Origin: Delftia acidovorans NBRC 14950
Lineage (GTDB): Bacteria; Pseudomonadota; Gammaproteobacteria; Burkholderiales; Burkholderiaceae_C
Length of the DNA: 32,000 nt
NCBI RefSeq assembly: GCF_001598795.1
Contig: NZ_BCZP01000009.1
Location: 30,001 to 62,000, forward strand
Direction: 5' to 3'
Position 1 is the stretch's first letter; each line of letters starts with the position of its first letter. Below the pieces are notes generated by a model. That model was not told where the DNA came from. It made no database searches and worked only from the letters and a program-made list of their open reading frames with translations. A program made the position numbers and the translations under genes. Positions 9,379 to 17,026 of the stretch are shown piece by piece.

Positions 9379-12300
9379 CTACGAGTCTCGCGGCGGGGTG
9401 GGCGCGCTGGCGGCGCCTTGGCCGGGTGCCGCGTCGTGCCGGTTGCCGTTCCACAGGCGCCGCAGCCACTGGGAGAAGTCGTCAAGGTAGCAATAGACCA
9501 CGGGCACGACCACCAGGGTCAGCAGCGACGAGGTGACCACGCCGCCGATCACCGACTGGCCCATGGGCGCGCGCTGCTCGGAGCCTTCGCTGAGTGCGAA
9601 GGCCAGCGGCACCATGCCGAAGATCATGGCCAGCGTGGTCATCAGAATGGGGCGCAGCCGCACGCGCGCCGCCAGCAGCAGGGCCTGCTCGCGCGGCAGG
9701 CCGTCGCGGATCTGGCCGGTGTCCGGGTCGCTGTGCGGGCCGCGCGCACGGATGGCGAAGTCCACCAGCAAGATCGCGTTCTTGGTGACCAGTCCCATGA
9801 GCATGACCACGCCGATGATGGAGAACATGGACAGGGCCGAGCCGAACATCATCAGCGCCAGCACCACGCCGATCAGCGTCAGCGGCAGCGAGGTCATCAG
9901 CGCCAGCGGCTGCAGGAAGCTCTTGAACTGGCTGGCCAGGATCATGTAGATGAAGATGATGGCCAGCGCCAGGGCAGACACCGCATAGCCGAACGATTCG
10001 TTCATGCTCTTGGTGGCGCCGCTGAACTGTGTGCGGTAGCCGGGCGGCAGGGCGATGTCGGCCAGGGCATTGCGGATGTCGGCCGAGACCTCGCCGCTGG
10101 AGCGCAGGTAGACGTTGCCGCTGAAGGCGACCTCGCGCGTCATGTCGCGGCGGTTGATCTGGCTGGGGCCGGTGGCGGGCGTGACGGTGGCCACCTGGTT
10201 CAGCCGCACGATGCGCATGCCGCCGTCGCCCGAGGTGGAGGGCAGGGCGAAGGGCAGGCGCTCCAGGTCCTGGGGCGTGCTGCGCGACTCGGGCGCCAGG
10301 CGCACCTTGACGTCATAGGTCTGGTCGTCGCTGGCGCGCCAGTTGCCCACGGTCTGGCCCGCCACCCAGGTGCGCAGAGCGGCGGCCATGGAGCCTACCG
10401 ACAGGCCCAGGTCGGCGGCCGCATCGCGCCGCACGGTGATGTCGATCACGGGCTTGTCGGGCTTGAGGCTGCTGTCCAGGTCCACCAGTCCGGGAATGCC
10501 GCGCAGGCGTTCCATCACCACGCGGTTCAGGCGCTCCAGCTCACCCAGGTCCGGGCCCTGCAGCGAGAATTCGACCTGTTTTTGCCCGCCCACGGGTTCG
10601 CGCTGGCCCACATGGGTGACGGTGATGCCGGGCACGCTTTGCAGCTGCTCGCGCAGCACGCCCGAGAGTTCATCGCCGCTGCGCTGGCGCAGGTGGCGGT
10701 CCAGCAAGCGGATGTAGATGCTGGCGTATATCTTGCCCTGGGCCGTGCCGGTGTTGATGGTGGCCAGCGTGTAGCGGACCTCGGGCAGGGCGCGGATGAT
10801 GGCATCGACCTGGCGGGCCTTGGCCTCCGTGGCCTCGATGGACGAGCCCACGGGCGTGTTGAAGCTCACCGTGGTTTCCGAGAAATCGGCCTTGGGCACG
10901 AATTCCGTGCCCAGCAGCGGCACCAGGAAGATGCTGGCCACGAAGATGGCCAGCGCCGCCGCCAGCGTGGTGATCTTGTGGCGCAGCGCCCAGCCCAGCA
11001 CGTCCTGGTAGAAGTGGGACAGCGATTCGGTGGCGCGCTCGAACCAGGCCGTGACCCGGCCCAGCGTGCGGTCGTAGAGGCTGTTGCCGCGCTTGTCGCC
11101 ATGGGCGTGGATGGTCGGGTCATGCCAGACGCTGGAGAGCATGGGGTCCAGCGTGAAGCTCACGAACATGGAGATCATCACGGCCGCCACGATGGTGATG
11201 CCGAATTCGTGGAAGAACTTGCCGATGATGCCGCCCATGAAGCCGATGGGCAGGAACACCGCCACGATGGACAGCGTGGTGGCCAGCACGGCCAGGCCGA
11301 TCTCCTGCGTGCCGTCCAGCGCGGCCGCATGCGCGTCCTTGCCCATCTGCACGTGGCGCACGATGTTCTCGCGCACCACGATGGCGTCGTCGATCAGCAG
11401 GCCCACGCACAGCGATAGCGCCATCAGCGTGATCATGTTGATCGAGAAGCCGAACCAGTACATGAACAAAAAGGTGCCGATCAGCGCAATGGGCAGCGTC
11501 AGCCCCGTGATCACCGTGGAGCGCCAGGAGTTCAGGAACAGGAAGACGATGAGCACCGTCAGTGCCGCGCCCTCGATCAGCGTCTGGCGCACGTTGTTGA
11601 CGGCCACGCGGATGGGGCGGGCGCTGTCGGCAATCGACTCCAGCCGCACGCCGGCCGGCACTTCGGCGGCGATCTCGCGCAGCGTGGCGTTCAGGCCGTC
11701 CACGACTTCGATGGTGTTCTCGTCCTGGGCCTTCTGCACGGACAGCAGCAGGGTGCGGCTGCTGTTGTACAGGGCCACGGTTTCCAGTTCGCCCGCGCCG
11801 TCCTGCACGCGCGCCAGCTGGCCCAGCCGCACGGGAGCGCCGCCGCGCTGGGCGACGATGATGCGCTCGAAGTCCTGGGGGCGCTTCATGCGTGCGTCGA
11901 TCTGCACCACGCGCTCCTGCTCGCGCGAGCGGATGGCCCCCAGCGGCAGGTCCTGGTTCTCGCTGCGCACGGCGTTCACGATCTGGTCGGGCGTGATGGC
12001 ATAGGCTTCCAGCGCCTCGGGCTGCAGGTAGATGTTGATCTCGCGCGGCGTGGCGCCCACCAGGTTGACGGCGCCCACGCCGCGCACGTTCTCCAGCCGC
12101 TTCTTGAGGACCTGGTCGGCCCAGCTGGTCAGGGCGACGGCATCGGGCGCCTTGGCGCCGGCATCGGCCTGGGGCAGCACGGCCACGGACCAGATGGGCG
12201 AGCTGGCCGGATCGAAGCGCAGCACGCGTGGCTCCTTGACCTCGTCGCGCAGGGTGGGGCGCACCGAGGCCACCTTCTCGCGCACGTCTTCGGCAGCGCG

Positions 12301-12606
12301 GCGGCCATCGACATGCAATTGGAATTCGATGATGACGACGCTGGTGCTCTCATAGCTGCGCGAGGTCAGCGCGTTGATGCCGGCAATGGAGTTGACGCCT
12401 TCCTCGATCTTCTTGGTGACCTCGGACTCCACGATCTCGGGCGAGGCGCCCGGATAGTCCACCGTGACCACGACCACGGGGAAGTCCACATTCGGGAACT
12501 GGTCCACCTTGAGTCGCTGGTAGGAAAACACACCCAGCACCATGAGGGCCAGCATGAGCATGGTGGCGAACACAGGGTTGGCCAGGCTGACGCGCGTGAA
12601 CCACAT
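9379..12606 (-). CDS. RND efflux pump inner-membrane permease (AcrB/MdtB-like)
   Basis: 1075 aa. The N-terminus NPVFATMLMLALMVLGVFSYQRLKVDQFPNVDFPVVVVTVDYPGASPE is characteristic, and the architecture is duplicated 6-TM plus large periplasmic loop. Confidence 0.92.
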   Translation of the reverse strand: MWFTRVSLANPVFATMLMLALMVLGVFSYQRLKVDQFPNVDFPVVVVTVDYPGASPEIVESEVTKKIEEGVNSIAGINALTSRSYESTSVVIIEFQLHVDGRRAAEDVREKVASVRPTLRDEVKEPRVLRFDPASSPIWSVAVLPQADAGAKAPDAVALTSWADQVLKKRLENVRGVGAVNLVGATPREINIYLQPEALEAYAITPDQIVNAVRSENQDLPLGAIRSREQERVVQIDARMKRPQDFERIIVAQRGGAPVRLGQLARVQDGAGELETVALYNSSRTLLLSVQKAQDENTIEVVDGLNATLREIAAEVPAGVRLESIADSARPIRVAVNNVRQTLIEGAALTVLIVFLFLNSWRSTVITGLTLPIALIGTFLFMYWFGFSINMITLMALSLCVGLLIDDAIVVRENIVRHVQMGKDAHAAALDGTQEIGLAVLATTLSIVAVFLPIGFMGGIIGKFFHEFGITIVAAVMISMFVSFTLDPMLSSVWHDPTIHAHGDKRGNSLYDRTLGRVTAWFERATESLSHFYQDVLGWALRHKITTLAAALAIFVASIFLVPLLGTEFVPKADFSETTVSFNTPVGSSIEATEAKARQVDAIIRALPEVRYTLATINTGTAQGKIYASIYIRLLDRHLRQRSGDELSGVLREQLQSVPGITVTHVGQREPVGGQKQVEFSLQGPDLGELERLNRVVMERLRGIPGLVDLDSSLKPDKPVIDITVRRDAAADLGLSVGSMAAALRTWVAGQTVGNWRASDDQTYDVKVRLAPESRSTPQDLERLPFALPSTSGDGGMRIVRLNQVATVTPATGPSQINRRDMTREVAFSGNVYLRSSGEVSADIRNALADIALPPGYRTQFSGATKSMNESFGYAVSALALAIIFIYMILASQFKSFLQPLALMTSLPLTLIGVVLALMMFGSALSMFSIIGVVMLMGLVTKNAILLVDFAIRARGPHSDPDTGQIRDGLPREQALLLAARVRLRPILMTTLAMIFGMVPLAFALSEGSEQRAPMGQSVIGGVVTSSLLTLVVVPVVYCYLDDFSQWLRRLWNGNRHDAAPGQGAASAPTPPRDS

Positions 12607-12608
12607 GG

Positions 12609-13850
12609 TCAGCGGGCTCCGGGGGCTGGCGCAGCCTGGGGTTGCTGCACCTGTTGCAATGGTTGCAACTGCACGGCCGTGCCCGCGCGCAGGCCGCCCA
12701 CGCTGCCGGCCAGCACCCTGTCACCGGCCTGCAGGCCGGTGGATACGGCGATCCAGGTGGCGCCATCCTGCGCGCTCTGGCTGCCCAGCGTGACCGGGCG
12801 GTGCTGCACGCGCAGCAGGGTCTTGTCCGCTTCGGACTCGCCCGCAGGCTGCAGCAACTGCACATAGGGCTGGGGCTGGTCGGTGCGCACGGCGGTCAGG
12901 GGCACGGCCAGCTGTTCGGTCTGCCCCGTGACAATGCTGCCCTGCAGGTACAGGCCCGGGCGCACGATGGGGATGGATCTGACGGCGGCGCCTGCGTTGA
13001 CCGGTGCAGCCTGTACACGCAGATAGACGGCCACGCTGCGCGAACCTGCCTGGGCGCTGGGGTTGATTCGCACCACGCGCGCGGGCACGGAGGCCACATC
13101 GTCGCCCGCGCCCTGGACCTGCAACAGGGCCTGCTGGCCGACCTGCACACGCACCGAATCGGCGGGCGCCAACTGGGCCACGACTTCGAGGTCGGACGTA
13201 TCGACGATCTCCAGCACCCGCGTTTCCACGCCCACGCGCTCGCCGTCCTGCACCAGGCGCTGTGAAACCTGGCCGTCCATGGGACTGCGCAGCACGCTGT
13301 CGGTCACGCTCTTGCGGGCCACATCGGCGGCGGCCTGGGCGGCGGCCAGGTTGGCGCGTGCGGCGTCGAGGTTGGATTGGGAGGTGGCCAGCGCCGTGGT
13401 CGAGATGAAGCCCTGGGTGACCAGGGCCTGGTTGTTGTCGTGCTGGCGCTGGGCCAGCTGCAGCTGCGCCTGGGCCGCATCGGCCTGCTGGCGGGTCTGG
13501 CGCCAGCGGGCCTCGACCTCGGTGGCGTCCACGCGGGCCAGTTCCTGGCCCTTGCGCACGCTGTCGCCCTCGCGCACCTGAAGGCCGCGCAGCTCGCCGG
13601 CCACATAGGCCTTGACCACGGCGCTGCGCACGGCCTGCACCACGCCGCTGACGGGCACGGTCAATTGCAGCTGGCGCGGCTGCAGCTGCACCACTTCCTG
13701 CGGACCCACACGCACCGGCATCTCGCGCGGCTGGGTGGCCGCGGCGATGGCGCTTTGCTTGCTGTGCCGGGTGGATGCGGCGCGCCATACGCTGGCGCCG
13801 ATGGCGATCAATAAGGCCAGGCCGATCAGCCAGCCGGTGCGACGCTTCAT
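12609..13850 (-). CDS. RND efflux periplasmic adaptor (membrane fusion protein)
   Basis: N-terminal anchor MKRRTGWLIGLALLIAIGASVW, an alpha-helical hairpin (ARWRQTRQQADAAQAQLQLAQRQ ... LDAARANLAAAQAA) and beta-barrel segments. I start it at the ATG at 13850, which forms an ATGA overlap with the TetR stop. Its stop is 2 nt before the pump start. Confidence 0.88.
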   Translation of the reverse strand: MKRRTGWLIGLALLIAIGASVWRAASTRHSKQSAIAAATQPREMPVRVGPQEVVQLQPRQLQLTVPVSGVVQAVRSAVVKAYVAGELRGLQVREGDSVRKGQELARVDATEVEARWRQTRQQADAAQAQLQLAQRQHDNNQALVTQGFISTTALATSQSNLDAARANLAAAQAAADVARKSVTDSVLRSPMDGQVSQRLVQDGERVGVETRVLEIVDTSDLEVVAQLAPADSVRVQVGQQALLQVQGAGDDVASVPARVVRINPSAQAGSRSVAVYLRVQAAPVNAGAAVRSIPIVRPGLYLQGSIVTGQTEQLAVPLTAVRTDQPQPYVQLLQPAGESEADKTLLRVQHRPVTLGSQSAQDGATWIAVSTGLQAGDRVLAGSVGGLRAGTAVQLQPLQQVQQPQAAPAPGAR

Positions 13851-14545
13851 GGTGTGGGCGGGGAGGAGGGGGGTGTGGTGGCTGCAAGGGGCTGGCACAT
13901 GCCATGCAGCAGGTAGTCGATCTGGGATTCCAGAAACTGCTCGGGATCGAAGTCGCCATGGGGCAGGCAGCCGCCCAGCGAATGCTTCCAGATCATCAGA
14001 AACATCATCGGGGCGACCACGCAGTGCACGGACAGGTCCAGATCCATGGGCCGGAACTCGCCGCGCTCGACGCCGCGCTGCAGGATGCGCCGGATCAGCT
14101 CATGGCCTGGAAGAACCACTTCCTGGTGGTAGAACTGAGACAGCTCGGGAAAATTGCCCGCCTCGCTGAGCATAAGCTTGGTGATGCCCGACGCCTTGGT
14201 GCTGCCGATGCGTTCCCACCAGGACTTGAAGCAGTAGCGCAGCAGATCGGTTGAAGGTGCGCAGTAGTTGTCGAGCTCTTCGCTCCACTCGCCGAAGCGG
14301 CCCGCGATGCTGTGGCGCACCACGGCCTTGAAAAGCTCCTGCTTGCTCGCGAAATAGAGGAACAGCGTGCCCTTGGAGACCCCGGCGCGGGCGGCGACTT
14401 CTTCGACGCGGGTGGCGGCGTAGCCCTTTTCCACGAAGAGGTCGAGTGCCGCTTCCAGCAACTCGCCGGGACGCTCCTGCTTGCGGCGGCTGCGCTTTCC
14501 GGAAGGCTCGGCGGGGGCGGGTGAAGAGGCGGGGGAGTCGGTCAC
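13847..14545 (-). CDS. TetR/AcrR-family transcriptional regulator, first gene of the efflux operon
   Basis: N-terminal HTH LLEAALDLFVEKGYAATRVEEVAARAGVSKGTLFLYFASKQELF. The stop overlaps the adaptor start (ATGA at 13847-13850). Confidence 0.88.
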   Translation of the reverse strand: MTDSPASSPAPAEPSGKRSRRKQERPGELLEAALDLFVEKGYAATRVEEVAARAGVSKGTLFLYFASKQELFKAVVRHSIAGRFGEWSEELDNYCAPSTDLLRYCFKSWWERIGSTKASGITKLMLSEAGNFPELSQFYHQEVVLPGHELIRRILQRGVERGEFRPMDLDLSVHCVVAPMMFLMIWKHSLGGCLPHGDFDPEQFLESQIDYLLHGMCQPLAATTPPSSPPTP

Positions 14546-14564
14546 GGAAAATTAATGACTGATG

Positions 14565-14581
14565 GGTTAGTTATCGTAACC
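14565..14581. promoter_or_regulatory. GGTTA-N7-TAACC inverted repeat; candidate TetR operator
   Basis: It sits in the low-G+C tetR/msrA intergenic region, 20-36 nt upstream of the TetR start codon. The arms are only 5 bp. Confidence 0.25.
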
Positions 14582-14691
14582 GCAGAACCGTTCGTCGTCA
14601 CCTGGCTTGTGCATGGGCTAACCTGTAGGAGCGACGGCCCGCATGCATTGCGTGTGGTCATTTTTTCGATTTCTTCACAGAAAAGGCGCAT

Positions 14692-15228
14692 ATGGCGACT
14701 GAAACCATTTATCTGGGCGGCGGCTGTTTCTGGTGCACCGAAGCCGTTTTCGACCGCGTGCGCGGCGTGAGCGACGTGCAAAGCGGCTACGCCAATGGCG
14801 ATCTGGACGATCCCAGCTACGAGGACATCTGCACCGGCGAGACCGGCCATTCCGAGGTCATCCGCGTGCAGTTCGATCCAGCCGTGATCCCGCTGCGCGA
14901 CCTGCTCACCGTGTTCTTCGGCACGCACGACCCGACCACGCTCAACCGCCAGGGCAATGATGTGGGCACGCAGTACCGCAGCGGCATCTACACCACGAAT
15001 GAGCAACAGGCCGAAGTGGCGCGCACGCTGATCTCCGAACTCACGCAGGCCGGCGCCTACGACGCGCCCATCGTCACCGAGGTGCAGCCCCTGGCGAGCT
15101 ACTGGCCGGCAGAGGACTATCACCAGGACTACTTCCTCAACCATCCCAACCAGGGCTACTGCGCCTTTGTGGTGGGGCCCAAGGTGCAGAAGTTCCGGGG
15201 CGCCTTTGCACGCTGGGTCAAGCCGTGA
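14692..15228 (+). CDS. msrA: Peptide-methionine (S)-S-oxide reductase
   Basis: Catalytic motif GGGCFWCTEAVF, then GHSEVIRVQFDP and YHQDYF; 178 aa. Confidence 0.92.
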   Translation: MATETIYLGGGCFWCTEAVFDRVRGVSDVQSGYANGDLDDPSYEDICTGETGHSEVIRVQFDPAVIPLRDLLTVFFGTHDPTTLNRQGNDVGTQYRSGIYTTNEQQAEVARTLISELTQAGAYDAPIVTEVQPLASYWPAEDYHQDYFLNHPNQGYCAFVVGPKVQKFRGAFARWVKP

Positions 15229-15267
15229 GCGGGTGGCGGCGCGTGATGTAAGCGGTTGTGATTCGCG

Positions 15268-15297
15268 GGCATAATGCAACCCGGTTGCGATAATGCC
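15268..15297. promoter_or_regulatory. 30-bp imperfect palindrome GGCATAATGCAACC-C-GGTTGCGATAATGCC; candidate operator upstream of the Fur-family gene
   Basis: The core GCAACC-C-GGTTGC (15276-15288) is a perfect 6-1-6 palindrome. The flanking arms GGCATAAT and ATAATGCC (reverse complement GGCATTAT) differ by one mismatch, and the right arm carries one extra base before the core. It lies 46 nt upstream of the ATG at 15343. Confidence 0.4.
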
Positions 15298-15342
15298 GCC
15301 TGGCTGCCCTGCCGTGTTCAGCGGCCTGACCTTTGATCACTC

Positions 15343-15840
15343 ATGTCCTTGCCGATCCCCACTTCCCTGCCCATACCTGCCGGCATGCGTTCGACGCGTG
15401 CCACGCGGGCCGTGCTGGCGATGTGGGAGTCGCGGGCCGACGCACTCCTGAGCGAAGCCGATGTGGAAGCGGCCCTGCACGCCCAGGGCGTGCAGGTCAA
15501 CCGCGTCACCGTCTACCGGCTGCTGGACCGCCTGGCGGCAGCCGGTGTGTTGCGCCGCAGCGTGGATGCTGCCCGCGTGGCCCGCTACAGCCGGTCCGTG
15601 CCGGGCGCGGCCAGGCAGGCCGATGCCGCTGCGCATTTCGAATGCGCGGATTGCCACAGCGCTTTTCGGCTGGGCGGCGAGGGAGGTGGGGGCGGCGAGC
15701 CGCTGCAGGCCGCTTTGCTGCAGCTGCGCCAGGCGCTGGCCGCCAGCGGCCTGCAGGGCCGGGCCATCGATGTGGCAGTGACAGGGCTGTGCCAGGACTG
15801 CAGCAGTGCAGGGCCATCCCGAAATGCCCCGTCTGCCTGA
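15343..15840 (+). CDS. Fur-family transcriptional regulator, atypical (Zur-like by context)
   Basis: A winged-helix N-terminal half aligns by eye to Fur (AGMRSTRATRAVL ... VNRVTVYRLLDRLAAAGVL). Two CxxC pairs are present (CADC, CQDC). Most regulatory-site His residues are absent. Confidence 0.75.
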   Translation: MSLPIPTSLPIPAGMRSTRATRAVLAMWESRADALLSEADVEAALHAQGVQVNRVTVYRLLDRLAAAGVLRRSVDAARVARYSRSVPGAARQADAAAHFECADCHSAFRLGGEGGGGGEPLQAALLQLRQALAASGLQGRAIDVAVTGLCQDCSSAGPSRNAPSA

Positions 15841-15891
15841 GGTGATCGCCTTAGCCCCTTTCTTCTCTTGCATAGCTCTTCAGGATTTCGC

Positions 15892-16212
15892 ATGACCCTT
15901 GCACCGTTGCGCCCCGTTTCCTTGATCCTGGCCGCTGTCTTCCTGGCCGCAGCAGCCCAGGCACATGACCACGACCACGACCACGACCACGCGAAAGCCC
16001 AGCCGGACGCCAAGGCACAGGGCGCCTCGGCGTCGCTCGATGCCCATGCCCGGGCCGACATGGAACGCCATCGCGCCATGGCCAAGGCCCACGAAGCCGC
16101 CGCGCAGTGCCTGGCTGCTGGCCGCGATCACGAACAATGCCAAAAGCAACTGCAGGCCGATTGCAAGGGCCTTGCGCTGGGCAAGTTCTGCGGCATGCGC
16201 CATGCGCATTGA
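15892..16212 (+). CDS. Small secreted His/Asp-rich, four-Cys protein (putative periplasmic metal-binding protein)
   Basis: Signal peptide MTLAPLRPVSLILAAVFLAAAAQA is followed immediately by HDHDHDHDH. The C-terminal part has four Cys and several His. Start chosen at the ATG at 15892. Confidence 0.6.
   Translation: MTLAPLRPVSLILAAVFLAAAAQAHDHDHDHDHAKAQPDAKAQGASASLDAHARADMERHRAMAKAHEAAAQCLAAGRDHEQCQKQLQADCKGLALGKFCGMRHAH
15967..15990 (+). repeat. Hexanucleotide tandem repeat (GACCAC)x4 encoding the Asp-His tract
   Basis: Read directly: four perfect copies inside the His-rich protein gene. Confidence 0.9.
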
Positions 16213-16334
16213 GTGCGGTCCTGCCCGCCGTGTGGCGCCGTGAGCAATCGCCTGTCTTTGTGACGGGATGGTGAAGCCTGCCCCGCAAATTGGCGCATAC
16301 ACTCTGCGCTGCCCATCCAGCCCCTGATCCCTCC

Positions 16335-16790
16335 ATGCCCTTGCAACGCCCGGAACGTCACTTGCCAGCGCAGGCCTCAAGGCTTGCGTTGCGCGGCGCT
16401 GTGCCGGGTCGGGCCTGGCTGGTGGCCTGGCTGCTGGTCTGGTCCATTGCCCTGGCGCCGTTGCTGGGCCAGATGCACCGCGTGGTACACGCGGGCGGCC
16501 TGGCCGCAGCCACGCTCCATGGCCCGGTGGAGGTGGTTGCCACTTCCTGCAATGCATCTGTCGATTGGGTCCATGCGCTGTTCTCGGGCCACGGCCCGGC
16601 GGATTGCCAACTGCTGGACCAGTTGCACGAAGGCATGGCGGGGCCGCCATCCGCCGTGGCTTTGCCGCTTTTCTGGGGCGAGCAGGCCGAACCCGTCCAG
16701 CCGGTCGTCGTGCGCGATGGCCGCATGCTGGCGGCCTTTTTCGATGCGCGGGGCCCCCCGCATCCCATCACTGTCTACCTGGCGGCTTGA
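16335..16790 (+). CDS. Small membrane-anchored His/Cys protein, possibly DUF2946-like
   Basis: Arg-rich N-terminus, one TM helix (AWLVAWLLVWSIALAPLLG), then QMHRVVHAGG and CNASVDWVHALFSGHGPADCQLLDQLHEG. From memory, such small proteins often sit beside TonB-dependent metal receptors. Start is 16335 or 16290. Confidence 0.45.
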   Translation: MPLQRPERHLPAQASRLALRGAVPGRAWLVAWLLVWSIALAPLLGQMHRVVHAGGLAAATLHGPVEVVATSCNASVDWVHALFSGHGPADCQLLDQLHEGMAGPPSAVALPLFWGEQAEPVQPVVVRDGRMLAAFFDARGPPHPITVYLAA

Positions 16791-17026
16791 ATCTCCGGGA
16801 CTGGCGCTGCATGCGCCCGCCCTGCACAGTCGTTTGGCCGCGCCTTGCTGCATTGATCGCAACAAGGCGCCGCGCCCAGGTCCGGCAGTTCCTTGAATGC
16901 ATATCCGATCGGATGGCCGCATGCGCCTGCAGGGCGCGCCGTGGCCGTCCGCTTCCGACGCCATTTTTTGCAGCGCCCGGATTTCCACGCCCGTAGGGCC
17001 GTGGCCGGCCGCTGCCGGGAAGACCA

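Noticed and set aside
9334-11418. A 694-aa plus-strand ORF and several other long antisense ORFs (e.g. 1173-2777, 2802-4109, 3785-4999, 5517-6692, 6529-7920, 15880-16650, 24182-25771).
   Set aside because: All lie opposite or out of frame to genes with strong family motifs. All have low-complexity Arg/Ala/Gly/His/Pro composition, as expected when stop codons are rare in G+C-rich sequence.
16791-17026. A possible cobalamin riboswitch in the 236-nt leader of the TonB-dependent receptor (GCCGGGAAGACCAG vaguely resembles a B12 box).
   Set aside because: The other conserved riboswitch core elements (the GGGAA...GGTG..AA..CC and GCCACTG-type segments) are absent. The His-rich loop and the Fur-like neighbour point to metal regulation, not B12.
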